This document shows, piece after piece, positions 18,067-24,919 of a stretch of 64,000 nucleotides of DNA (positions are counted from its first letter, which is position 1; the number at the start of each line of letters is the position of its first letter). Under the pieces are notes generated by a model, which was not told where the DNA came from, did not search any database, and worked only from the letters and a program-made list of their open reading frames with translations. The stretch is from the IMG/VR virus record IMGVR_UViG_3300028388_003769. One strand, 5' to 3'. The translations under genes were made by a program, and so were the position numbers. This stretch comes from an uncultured virus (IMG/VR IMGVR_UViG_3300028388_003769) (lineage: Duplodnaviria > Heunggongvirae > Uroviricota > Caudoviricetes).

Positions 18067-18101
18067 AAAAAAAAGCAGAAACTTTTTATGTCTCTGCTTT
18101 T
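18067..18101 (-). terminator. intrinsic terminator (attenuator) immediately 5' of tRNA-Trp
   Basis: AAAAGCAGAGAC-ATAAAAA-GTTTCTGC-T8. Confidence 0.85.
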
Positions 18102-18127
18102 GGTATTGCTAATTAAATATTATAATT

Positions 18128-18229
18128 TCAAGTAACAAAAGCAGAGGCATAGCACGTACCCCAATAGTCTACACATCCATAATCGGTGTAGATTCCTACA
18201 TTGGTTGTTATGTCTGCTTTGTTGTTCAT
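18128..18229 (-). CDS. putative attenuator leader peptide, 33 aa: MNNKADITTNVGIYTDYGCVDYWGTCYASAFVT
   Basis: 13 of codons 14-27 specify W/D/Y/G/T/C, the amino acids of the downstream tRNAs; contains antiterminator strand at 18137-18151. Confidence 0.8.
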   Translation of the reverse strand: MNNKADITTNVGIYTDYGCVDYWGTCYASAFVT

Positions 18230-18248
18230 TTGTTTTTTTGTTCTGTTA

Positions 18249-18279
18249 TAAATATAAACCTTTTATATTTAAAAAGCAA
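18249..18279 (-). promoter_or_regulatory. promoter of leader/tRNA operon
   Basis: TTG-N20-TATATTTA. Confidence 0.75.
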
Positions 18280-18308
18280 CAAATCTTTAAAATAATTTTA
18301 ACTTTTTT

Positions 18309-18782
18309 TTAAACTAAATGATTTGCTGCTTTCACTGCAATTTGTTCTTCGGGTTTAGTGATTGCTTTAAATCCCATTCCTAAAGCCCAACCTTTAGCAT
18401 GTTGTACAAATGCATTAGATTTATGAGAATGGTCTTCGTTTAAGTCAAACTCAACAGCATCAACTTTAATATTGTTTTCTAATAACCAAGTTGCTGCTGC
18501 CATAGTGTCTTCCACTTCTTTTAGCAATCGCCATTCAATAAGTTTAGATCCCTTACGTTTAGGAAATAGTTGTTTGAATCGTATATGATCTTTTCTATAT
18601 ATAAAATGACAACCTCTTGTACCGTACCTGTAAGCAATCACTGTAGCAAAGCTTACTCCACCTCTTACTTTTTGTGAATCGCTACCTACATAAACCTTAC
18701 ATCCAGGATATTCTTTAAGTATTTTAAATGAATATCTTACTGAATTAACAGCTTTGTTTTGTTTTGTTTTAAATAGTTTCAT
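18309..18782 (-). CDS. RNase H-like YkuK (DUF458) family protein
   Basis: VYVGSDSQ...FATVI, RL.KEV, D.N......SN motifs. Confidence 0.85.
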   Translation of the reverse strand: MKLFKTKQNKAVNSVRYSFKILKEYPGCKVYVGSDSQKVRGGVSFATVIAYRYGTRGCHFIYRKDHIRFKQLFPKRKGSKLIEWRLLKEVEDTMAAATWLLENNIKVDAVEFDLNEDHSHKSNAFVQHAKGWALGMGFKAITKPEEQIAVKAANHLV

Positions 18783-19300
18783 TTAAAATTTTTACTTTCT
18801 CTAAGTGTGCTTAAGTGCTGTTTACAATCATCACACAGGTGATGCCATATATTAGAAGTACTGTTTTGTGATTGTATGATAGTTTCAACATCTTCTAACA
18901 ATGCTTTTGGAAAAAGACCCAAATCAATAGCTGAATTGAAGACATCAATTAGAAGTTGTCTCTTTTCTTGACAATTAAAAAGATCTACTATCTTTTGTTC
19001 TGTTAAAAGAAAACCATAATCATAATTAAAATTTAGATCTTGGGATGATATTAAACCTCTCTTAGTAGCGAGTAGTATATATAGTTTTTCTAAATAATCA
19101 TCGTTGTTCCAAAACTCGTCTATGCAGTTGGTGGGATCTTTAATACTTAAAGATGGATGTGAGTACTTCAAATCGTAACGATCCTCTTTTTCCAAATACA
19201 CCCTATCCACAAGAGCTGTTATACTAAACATTTCATTCGGACTCTCAACAGCGATATAGTTAGTTGTGTCATATTGTTTTTTTGATCTATCAGTCTGCAT
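18779..19300 (-). CDS. hypothetical protein (start at MQTDR)
   Basis: track N-terminus overlaps tRNA-Ala; first downstream ATG used. Confidence 0.65.
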   Translation of the reverse strand: MQTDRSKKQYDTTNYIAVESPNEMFSITALVDRVYLEKEDRYDLKYSHPSLSIKDPTNCIDEFWNNDDYLEKLYILLATKRGLISSQDLNFNYDYGFLLTEQKIVDLFNCQEKRQLLIDVFNSAIDLGLFPKALLEDVETIIQSQNSTSNIWHHLCDDCKQHLSTLRESKNFK

Positions 19301-19333
19301 AACATTAGGTTGTTTGTATTGTATTTTAATATG

Positions 19334-19408
19334 TGGAAGTAGTCGGAATCGAACCGACCGCATAGTGGTTGCAAGCCACAATCGCCTTGCCTTGGAACAT
19401 GTACCCCC
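19334..19408 (-). tRNA. tRNA-Ala(TGC)
   Basis: GGGGGTA/TACTTCC with G3:U70, A73; GTGG-CTTGCAA-CCAC; irregular D-arm. Confidence 0.82.
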
Positions 19409-19418
19409 AATAAAGCTG

Positions 19419-19499
19419 AAGACCAGGTGGGATTCGAACCCACATTTTCAGATCCACTTACACAATACTTGCTTAGAAGGCAAGGGTGTCTACTGGTCT
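19419..19499 (-). tRNA. tRNA-Arg(TCT)-like RNA lacking a D-arm
   Basis: AGACCAG/CTGGTCT; 8-nt linker; CTTGC-CTTCTAA-GCAAG; 24-nt variable region; GTGGG-TTCGAAT-CCCAC. Confidence 0.6.
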
Positions 19500-19524
19500 A
19501 AAAAGAGGTGTTGACGTACACCTC
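19500..19524 (-). terminator. hairpin + T-run at end of tmRNA coding piece
   Basis: GAGGTGT-ACGTCA-ACACCTC-TTTTT. Confidence 0.6.
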
Positions 19525-19725
19525 AAAAAACGCCGACTACGCAGCAGCTGCTGCTACGTTGTCGTTTAATGTAATAACGTTTGCAGTTATTAAAAGTCTC
19601 GTAGCTCTAACACTCACAATTCATCACTACTTGTCGATGCCATGTCACCCCCATATTTTTAAAATAGTTTTGTGGAGGTGCAGAGATTCGAACTCTGGTC
19701 CAATGTAATTTCACTGTAAGTACTT
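19505..19725 (-). ncRNA. ssrA: circularly permuted (two-piece) tmRNA; outer ends approximate
   Basis: acceptor piece GGAC-CAGAG-TTCGAAT-CTCTG-CACCTCC-A (ends 19673) precedes coding piece GGGGGTGACATGGCATCGAC (starts 19652); G3:U70; ATAACT-GCA resume context; tag ANVITLNDNVAAAAA* at 19584-19537. Confidence 0.9.
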
Positions 19726-19750
19726 TATATACAAACTACAATTCTTTTTG

Positions 19751-19821
19751 TAGACCTAAAGGGAATCGAACCCCTATCTCCAGGTTCGTAGCCTGGTGTC
19801 TTTCCGTTAAACGATAGGTCT
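19751..19821 (-). tRNA. tRNA-Arg(ACG)
   Basis: AGACCTA/TAGGTCT, CCAGG-CTACGAA-CCTGG. Confidence 0.9.
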
Positions 19822-19829
19822 AGGTTTTG

Positions 19830-19904
19830 CGGCTAAGGGAGGATTCGAACCTCCAACCATCAGATTAACAGTCTGCTGCTCTAAACCGTTGGAGCTACTT
19901 AGCC
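19830..19904 (-). tRNA. tRNA-Asn(GTT)
   Basis: GGCTAAG/CTTAGCC, G73, CAGA-CTGTTAA-TCTG. Confidence 0.92.
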
Positions 19905-19917
19905 TAAAATACTACTG

Positions 19918-19993
19918 TACCACCACTAGGACTCGAACCTAGAACTCCTTGTATGTAACACAAGTACTCTGAACCAAATTGAGTTATGGTGGT
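19918..19993 (-). tRNA. tRNA-Val(TAC)
   Basis: ACCACCA/TGGTGGT, CTTGT-GTTACAT-ACAAG. Confidence 0.9.
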
Positions 19994-19996
19994 ATT

Positions 19997-20074
19997 TGGT
20001 GGACCTAGTTGGACTCGAACCAACGACCACTTCGTTATGAGCGAAGCACTCTAAACCAACTGAGTTATAGGTCC
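19997..20074 (-). tRNA. tRNA-CAT, probably Ile2 (lysidine type); CCA encoded
   Basis: GGACCTA/TAGGTCC-A-CCA, CTTCG-CTCATAA-CGAAG; GGACC acceptor resembles bacterial Ile2. Confidence 0.85.
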
Positions 20075-20141
20075 CTAAATCTAAATATTTAATATACTAC
20101 TATAAAATCAATTTACCAAATAAATAAACAACTTTTTTTTG

Positions 20142-20218
20142 TTGGGAAGAAGGGACTCGAACCCTTAACCTTCGACATATCAGGCCGATGCTCTAAACCT
20201 AATTTGAGCTACTCCCCA
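20142..20218 (-). tRNA. tRNA-Ile(GAT)
   Basis: TGGGGAG/CTTCCCA, TCGGC-CTGATAT-GTCGA. Confidence 0.9.
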
Positions 20219-20312
20219 AGGTTGGGAGACTGTTGTTTTATAATAATTTATAAGAAAGATTTAATTAGATAGGAACGTTTTAAAACAACTCTTAACAACA
20301 GTCTCCCTGCAT

Positions 20313-20390
20313 TTACGCATTACTTGCTATTACCATTTGTGAGGATATGGTGCAAGCAAAGTGGATAATATTATTATAAAGCTGTCTCAT
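20313..20390 (-). CDS. possible leader peptide, 25 aa: MRQLYNNIIHFACTISSQMVIASNA
   Basis: codons AGA, AAT, ATT, ATC, ATA, GTA, GCA match downstream tRNAs; followed by 12-bp stem 20296-20307/20224-20235. Confidence 0.45.
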   Translation of the reverse strand: MRQLYNNIIHFACTISSQMVIASNA

Positions 20391-20420
20391 TTGATTATAA
20401 TTATAGTTGTTAATTGAAAA

Positions 20421-20648
20421 TTATAAAAGTTTAACCATTTTTTTTAGTTCAGTTGCATTCTTTGCTTCAAACCTTTTAAGCTCTTCATCGTTAGAAAGTA
20501 CGTTCCAATCTGGACCGATGAGCAACACTACATGAGTTTCTTTTAAAGCTTGACTAAGTTGATTTGCTTTATCTCTAAAAGCTTTCTTTTGATTAGCGTA
20601 CAGCTTTTTCTGAGGTTGGAGAATAATTAATTTTTTGTTTTTAGACAT
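20421..20648 (-). CDS. hypothetical protein
   Basis: 75 aa ORF between tRNA blocks. Confidence 0.6.
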   Translation of the reverse strand: MSKNKKLIILQPQKKLYANQKKAFRDKANQLSQALKETHVVLLIGPDWNVLSNDEELKRFEAKNATELKKMVKLL

Positions 20649-20671
20649 AACTATTTAATTTATTTATTTTG

Positions 20672-20764
20672 CGGTAAGTGGAGGACCCGACCCCCATTCA
20701 GAATTTCTTCCGAAACCTAGTTTTCAAGACTAGTCGCCACTCCATTGCAGCTGCTTCACTTACC
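20672..20764 (-). tRNA. tRNA-Ser(TGA), non-canonical D-arm and T-loop
   Basis: GGTAAGT/ACTTACC, G73, CTAGT-CTTGAAA-ACTAG, long variable arm, T-loop GTCGGGT. Confidence 0.78.
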
Positions 20765-20775
20765 GTGATCTTTTG

Positions 20776-20861
20776 CGGAGAGCGGTGGTCTTGATCCACA
20801 TACGAACTAACGTACAGTCAGCTTAGCAGGCTGCTCCTATCACCTGATAGGTTCACTCTCC
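20776..20861 (-). tRNA. tRNA-Ser(GCT), non-canonical T-loop
   Basis: GGAGAGT/GCTCTCC, G73, CAGC-CTGCTAA-GCTG, long variable arm, T-loop ATCAAGA. Confidence 0.82.
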
Positions 20862-20911
20862 GTAATGGAGGAGGAACTAATACTATTCGATATTTCTGTA
20901 CGTTCTTTCAT
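20840..20911 (-). CDS. possible Ser-rich leader peptide, 23 aa: MKERTEISNSISSSSITESEPIR, overlapping tRNA-Ser 5' end
   Basis: AAAATG start; 6 Ser in codons 8-15 directly upstream of both tRNA-Ser genes. Confidence 0.55.
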   Translation of the reverse strand: MKERTEISNSISSSSITESEPIR

Positions 20912-20921
20912 TTTACTATTG

Positions 20922-20997
20922 TAGCGCCGACGGGCCTCGAACCCGCTAATGCCTGACGTGAAAGGCCAGGGACTCGGACCACTTCGTCTTCAGCGCC
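20922..20997 (-). tRNA. tRNA-Glu(TTC)
   Basis: GGCGCTG/CGGCGCT, CTGGC-CTTTCAC-GTCAG. Confidence 0.88.
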
Positions 20998-21004
20998 AAG
21001 TCTA

Positions 21005-21187
21005 TTAGTACTTTTCAGATTCAAGTTTTTGTTCCAAAGCTTCAATTTCTTTTGATATTCTTTTAATATCTTTTTTAGTAAGTTGCTTTGGTTTTTCGTC
21101 GACAGATTTTTGCTTTGTACCACGTACAAGCTGGTCTCTCAGTCTCTGCAAAACTAACGATCTTCTACTTGTACGTCCTTTTTTCAT
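21005..21187 (-). CDS. small basic hypothetical protein
   Basis: 60 aa ORF fills the gap between tRNA-Met and tRNA-Glu. Confidence 0.65.
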   Translation of the reverse strand: MKKGRTSRRSLVLQRLRDQLVRGTKQKSVDEKPKQLTKKDIKRISKEIEALEQKLESEKY

Positions 21188-21202
21188 TTAAGTACTTTTC
21201 TG

Positions 21203-21278
21203 TAGCGCAGGAGGGACTTGAACCCCCGTCATCTGGCTTATGAGACCAGGCTGGTAACCACCTCCAGTCCACCGCGCT
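21203..21278 (-). tRNA. tRNA-Met(CAT)
   Basis: AGCGCGG/CTGCGCT, CTGGT-CTCATAA-GCCAG; irregular D-arm. Confidence 0.82.
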
Positions 21279-21309
21279 TTAATATTTTATAAATAACTTT
21301 TTAGAACAA

Positions 21310-21340
21310 TAAATATAAACCTTTACATTTAATAATCCAA
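21310..21340 (-). promoter_or_regulatory. promoter for Met/Glu/Ser tRNA block
   Basis: TTG-N20-TATATTTA. Confidence 0.7.
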
Positions 21341-21371
21341 ACTTTTTACAAGTTTTTTTTATTTTTTTTTG

Positions 21372-21444
21372 ATGACCTGTCGAGATTTGAACTCGAATCC
21401 CTAGAGTCAAAGTCTAGTATGTTAACCGATTACACCACAGGTCA
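21372..21444 (-). tRNA. tRNA-Gln(TTG)
   Basis: TGACCTG/CAGGTCA, CTAGA-CTTTGAC-TCTAG. Confidence 0.92.
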
Positions 21445-21451
21445 TTGATCG

Positions 21452-21526
21452 GGTGACTGACGAGAATCGAACTCGCATTGCTGGGATCACAGCCCAGAGT
21501 CTTAAACCATTGAGACCACAGCCACC
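21452..21526 (-). tRNA. tRNA-His(GTG)
   Basis: G-1:C73, CTGGG-CTGTGAT-CCCAG. Confidence 0.92.
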
Positions 21527-21538
21527 GTTTTAAAGTTG

Positions 21539-21613
21539 TCGGGATGACAGGAGTCGAACCTGCAATAATCACGCTTCCAAAGCGCGGAACCACACCACAT
21601 GGATCGCATCCCG
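21539..21613 (-). tRNA. tRNA-Pro(TGG)
   Basis: CGGGATG/CATCCCG, CGCGC-TTTGGAA-GCGTG. Confidence 0.88.
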
Positions 21614-21625
21614 ATAATAATTTAG

Positions 21626-21711
21626 TGCACCTGACAGGGGTCGAACCTGCATGCTGTCTTTCAAGCACTAGGGTCTAAGCCTAGCGTGTCTCCCAATTCC
21701 ACCACAGGCGC
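21626..21711 (-). tRNA. tRNA-Leu(TAG)
   Basis: type II cloverleaf, CTAGG-CTTAGAC-CCTAG. Confidence 0.93.
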
Positions 21712-21716
21712 ATTTG

Positions 21717-22166
21717 TTACTTATCATACAATACTAAAGTAAGATCTACATCTTCTAGCTCTTCTTCGATAATAGCACAAATAGTATTCCAATCTCCTCC
21801 AGCCAATCCTGCACCAATCATAGGAATGCCTATTGTTTTATCTGAGAACTGTTCTGCGATTCTCTTAAAGCACTCTTTTACACTATCGTAATCTACATCT
21901 ACTTTGTTTCTACTGTAGCCGTATTGAGTGTAGGCATTGACGCAGATAAATCCTTCTTTTTCAGGTCCTCCCCACGAAAGCTTTCCTAGTTTTGACTTAT
22001 CTCCAGGAATTGTATTTCTGTCTGCTAGATAGGCATTTGGACATTGCTCACGTACTTGGCGAGCAATTCCTGCACCCATCTGACAAAAACAGTTACATCC
22101 ATGTACAATTACATCAAACATTCCTTGTTTAGCTAACTGTATTAGATCTCCTTTTATTGTTTTCAT
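21717..22166 (-). CDS. macro domain protein (ADP-ribose binding/hydrolase, Poa1p-like)
   Basis: KGDLI, IVHGCNCF..MGAGIA, NAYTQ, PMIGAGLAGGDW. Confidence 0.92.
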   Translation of the reverse strand: MKTIKGDLIQLAKQGMFDVIVHGCNCFCQMGAGIARQVREQCPNAYLADRNTIPGDKSKLGKLSWGGPEKEGFICVNAYTQYGYSRNKVDVDYDSVKECFKRIAEQFSDKTIGIPMIGAGLAGGDWNTICAIIEEELEDVDLTLVLYDK

Positions 22167-22181
22167 AAAGTACTTTTACTT

Positions 22182-22270
22182 TGGTGCATCTGACAGGAGT
22201 CGAACCTGCACGAGCGTTTCTGCTCAGTAGGGCTTAAACCTACTGTGTCTGCCAATTCCACCACAGATGC
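22182..22270 (-). tRNA. tRNA-Leu(TAA); CCA encoded
   Basis: type II cloverleaf, GTAGG-TTTAAGC-CCTAC. Confidence 0.93.
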
Positions 22271-22278
22271 ATTTGTTG

Positions 22279-22354
22279 CGGCACTTTGGGAGTCGAACCC
22301 TACCCTTCAGATCTTCAGTCTGACGCTCTCTACTACCACGTGAGCTAAAGTACC
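22279..22354 (-). tRNA. tRNA-Phe(GAA), imperfect T-stem
   Basis: GGTACTT/AAGTGCC, TCAGA-CTGAAGA-TCTGA. Confidence 0.8.
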
Positions 22355-22367
22355 AACGATTCACTAC

Positions 22368-22661
22368 CTACTTACGAAGGTGATATATCATATATCCCCA
22401 CATAGTTGTAATAACTATAAATAATCCAATACTAACTACAAAGGTATTATTAGACTCTACCCACTTTTGGGCTTGTGATAAAGTATCTTCAAACTCCTCA
22501 GACGATTCGTCGAATAAGTTTTTCTTATTATCAGCATTGCTCAGAGACTGTGATAGTTTGTTATAATTTCCATCCTCTACCAAATATGGCAATATTGCAA
22601 GTAGCGCAAGAGAAGCACCAATACTCAGATACACTATGCTTATAGCATATATAATTTCCAT
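22368..22661 (-). CDS. membrane protein (start at MEIIY)
   Basis: two TM segments. Confidence 0.65.
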   Translation of the reverse strand: MEIIYAISIVYLSIGASLALLAILPYLVEDGNYNKLSQSLSNADNKKNLFDESSEEFEDTLSQAQKWVESNNTFVVSIGLFIVITTMWGYMIYHLRK

Positions 22662-22693
22662 TCCAACCTTGTATTTAATTTTTTTTTTTGTAA

Positions 22694-22879
22694 CTATTTC
22701 TGAACCCAAAAAAACCACAATAGTAAAAACAAACCCAAGGCACCTCCTCCAAACAGTGTCGGGACGAGAATGGTATCAGATTCGAGGTGATGTTGATCAA
22801 ACCCACCTAAATTCCAAACCACTATGGTTATAGCAAACGCTATAACTACCGCTAAGACTCCTTTTGTGTTTTTATCCAT
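22694..22879 (-). CDS. small membrane protein
   Basis: two TM segments in 61 aa. Confidence 0.65.
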   Translation of the reverse strand: MDKNTKGVLAVVIAFAITIVVWNLGGFDQHHLESDTILVPTLFGGGALGLFLLLWFFWVQK

Positions 22880-22947
22880 TTTTTTCTTTGCTTGTTTTTA
22901 TAAATATAACTGTTTTATTTAATTAATGCAACTATTTTACTAGTTTT

Positions 22948-23493
22948 TTAAAAAATTATAGTTCTGATTTTAAGTTTGCTAAAAGCGAAAGTTATTACAT
23001 TGTTGTATTTTTCATAATGATCAAGAAGTTGTTGTTTCGTTACTATAAGGTAATATAGCTTTCCTGATATTGTAGCATGTATCATAAACCTAACATCATC
23101 ATAGCTTTTTTCAAACATTAAAGGATCTACTAACTTTAGCTGATAGTCGAAGTTTAAGCAGTTCGATAACGTATCGCTTGGTTGTGTAAGTTGAAGATCA
23201 AACTGACAAGTGTAACAGCTTCTATTGTGACAAGTTATTAAACGAATACCGCCAGTTGTCCAGTTTAGTTTACAGTAATGTAAATCAGGATCTAAACTTT
23301 TAAAATTAGTAAGTACTACTGGCCATGTGTAGGTGGCTTGTTTAATGTCAGGTCTATCTACTGACTGTAGGTAGTTTGCTTCATAAAGGGCGAGAGTGGC
23401 GTTAATAGCACCATCGAACTCTTTGTTATTGAAAATGTTAGAATCGAAGGATTGCAATAACCCTTCGATTCTTTTAAAGTCTTTTAATTTCAT
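22948..23493 (-). CDS. hypothetical protein
   Basis: 181 aa ORF. Confidence 0.7.
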   Translation of the reverse strand: MKLKDFKRIEGLLQSFDSNIFNNKEFDGAINATLALYEANYLQSVDRPDIKQATYTWPVVLTNFKSLDPDLHYCKLNWTTGGIRLITCHNRSCYTCQFDLQLTQPSDTLSNCLNFDYQLKLVDPLMFEKSYDDVRFMIHATISGKLYYLIVTKQQLLDHYEKYNNVITFAFSKLKIRTIIF

Positions 23494-23542
23494 AGTTGTA
23501 ATATAACTAAATAAAATTAAAATAGCAAACTTTTTATTATTA

Positions 23543-24484
23543 TTATTTAGGAGAAACTCTAACTATTTCCCATCCTTGAGCTTCAAAGCGGTCTCTATAG
23601 CTTATATCCAAGTTAGTACTTCTCCATAAGCATAAAAAGCCTACCTGCTCTTTTAACAGCACAGCTTCAGCAATTTGTGAAATCTGTTCAGAAGTTAGGT
23701 TGCTATTATCAAAACTAACTCCCTGTAAGCTTCTTGCTTGATTAGCAAGCTCTAAAGCAGTTTCGAAAGCAAGATCTCCTGCAGTTCTTATGTAGAGTCT
23801 ATTTGCTTGTGGTGCTATAGCAAGCCTCATATCATATCTACTGTCTCCAGTGAACTCTATTTCTAAATAGATTCTCTCTAACGATAGTGATTGGTCAGAG
23901 GGTATGTGAGCAAACAAGTCAAAGGAAAATACAGTCACATCGGCAAAAAAGTTTGAAGAGAGTACTGTGGTTTGGTCAATGTTATCTGTACTGAGAAGTA
24001 CTGCTTCAGTGGCTGCAGCAAATTGCTCTGATGTAGCTGTTATAGGAACCACAGCTTCAACTCTATCACTTCCCGATCCATAAACAATTTTTACTTTTGT
24101 AATTATTTCAGCACCATATAGTGCAAAGTCTACTGTAAAACCAGAAGCATAAGCATAAAAGTCTGACTGTTGGGCCTGTTGCAAGCTGTCTTTAATGATT
24201 TCTAATCTCGCTATTTCAGCTGTCAGAGAATCTATTAGAACTTGAATACTGTCAATCTGTTGTTGAGATCTTAAAGTACTTAGTTGTCTTGTATCGTCTT
24301 CCTCGTAACGTAGAGTAGCATCAAGCTCTTGTAGCTCGACTGCATCGTTACTGTCGGTTTGGTTTGTAGGCTTTTCACACCCTACCGTTAATATTAGTGC
24401 AAGTATAGTTGCTAGTACCACTGCAACATCCGCTATACGATGTATAATCGAACGAAAAATTGTTTTGTTTTTAATTTGGTTCAT
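23543..24484 (-). CDS. putative lipoprotein with coiled coil
   Basis: hydrophobic stretch ending LTVGC. Confidence 0.7.
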   Translation of the reverse strand: MNQIKNKTIFRSIIHRIADVAVVLATILALILTVGCEKPTNQTDSNDAVELQELDATLRYEEDDTRQLSTLRSQQQIDSIQVLIDSLTAEIARLEIIKDSLQQAQQSDFYAYASGFTVDFALYGAEIITKVKIVYGSGSDRVEAVVPITATSEQFAAATEAVLLSTDNIDQTTVLSSNFFADVTVFSFDLFAHIPSDQSLSLERIYLEIEFTGDSRYDMRLAIAPQANRLYIRTAGDLAFETALELANQARSLQGVSFDNSNLTSEQISQIAEAVLLKEQVGFLCLWRSTNLDISYRDRFEAQGWEIVRVSPK

Positions 24485-24515
24485 AGCTTTAAAAATGTTT
24501 TAAATATAAGTAAAA

Positions 24516-24911
24516 TTAAGTAACTGTTTTTTCATTGTATTTGTCTACAAGGTGCACATCAATCATATCAATTAAAGTTCCTTTTACCTCTAACAACTCT
24601 CTTGTTAGTTCATTGTCTTCTAAATAGGCCATTACAGCAACAGCAGGGTTGTAAGAAACTTTGTCCCTAGATTTAGGCAAGACTGCTTCAACTTCTTGAA
24701 TAACCGATTCAATTTTTTTAAGATTATTTTCTATAGTACTTACAAGGCTCTCAGCACAGAGTGCATGAATTTCTTCAGCCAACTTTTCGACAGCCTTTGC
24801 TGCTGATCCTTTTAGTCTGGGTCCTTGGTAGGCCTTTAGTTCGTTAATGGTTTTGTTTTCTTTTTGTATTTGTTTTAAGATGCTAGTTAGTTTTCGTGTG
24901 TAAGTGCTCAT
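24516..24911 (-). CDS. hypothetical protein
   Basis: 131 aa ORF. Confidence 0.7.
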   Translation of the reverse strand: MSTYTRKLTSILKQIQKENKTINELKAYQGPRLKGSAAKAVEKLAEEIHALCAESLVSTIENNLKKIESVIQEVEAVLPKSRDKVSYNPAVAVMAYLEDNELTRELLEVKGTLIDMIDVHLVDKYNEKTVT

Positions 24912-24919
24912 AGTTTTTA

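Noticed and set aside
19219..21668. ORFs 19219..19443, 19266..19514, 19508..19708, 20908..21129, 21414..21668
   Set aside because: They overlap tRNA or tmRNA genes.
22694..22879. Leader peptide for the Phe/Leu/Pro/His/Gln tRNA block
   Set aside because: F/L richness is explained by TM helices, another gene intervenes, and no terminator/antiterminator was seen.
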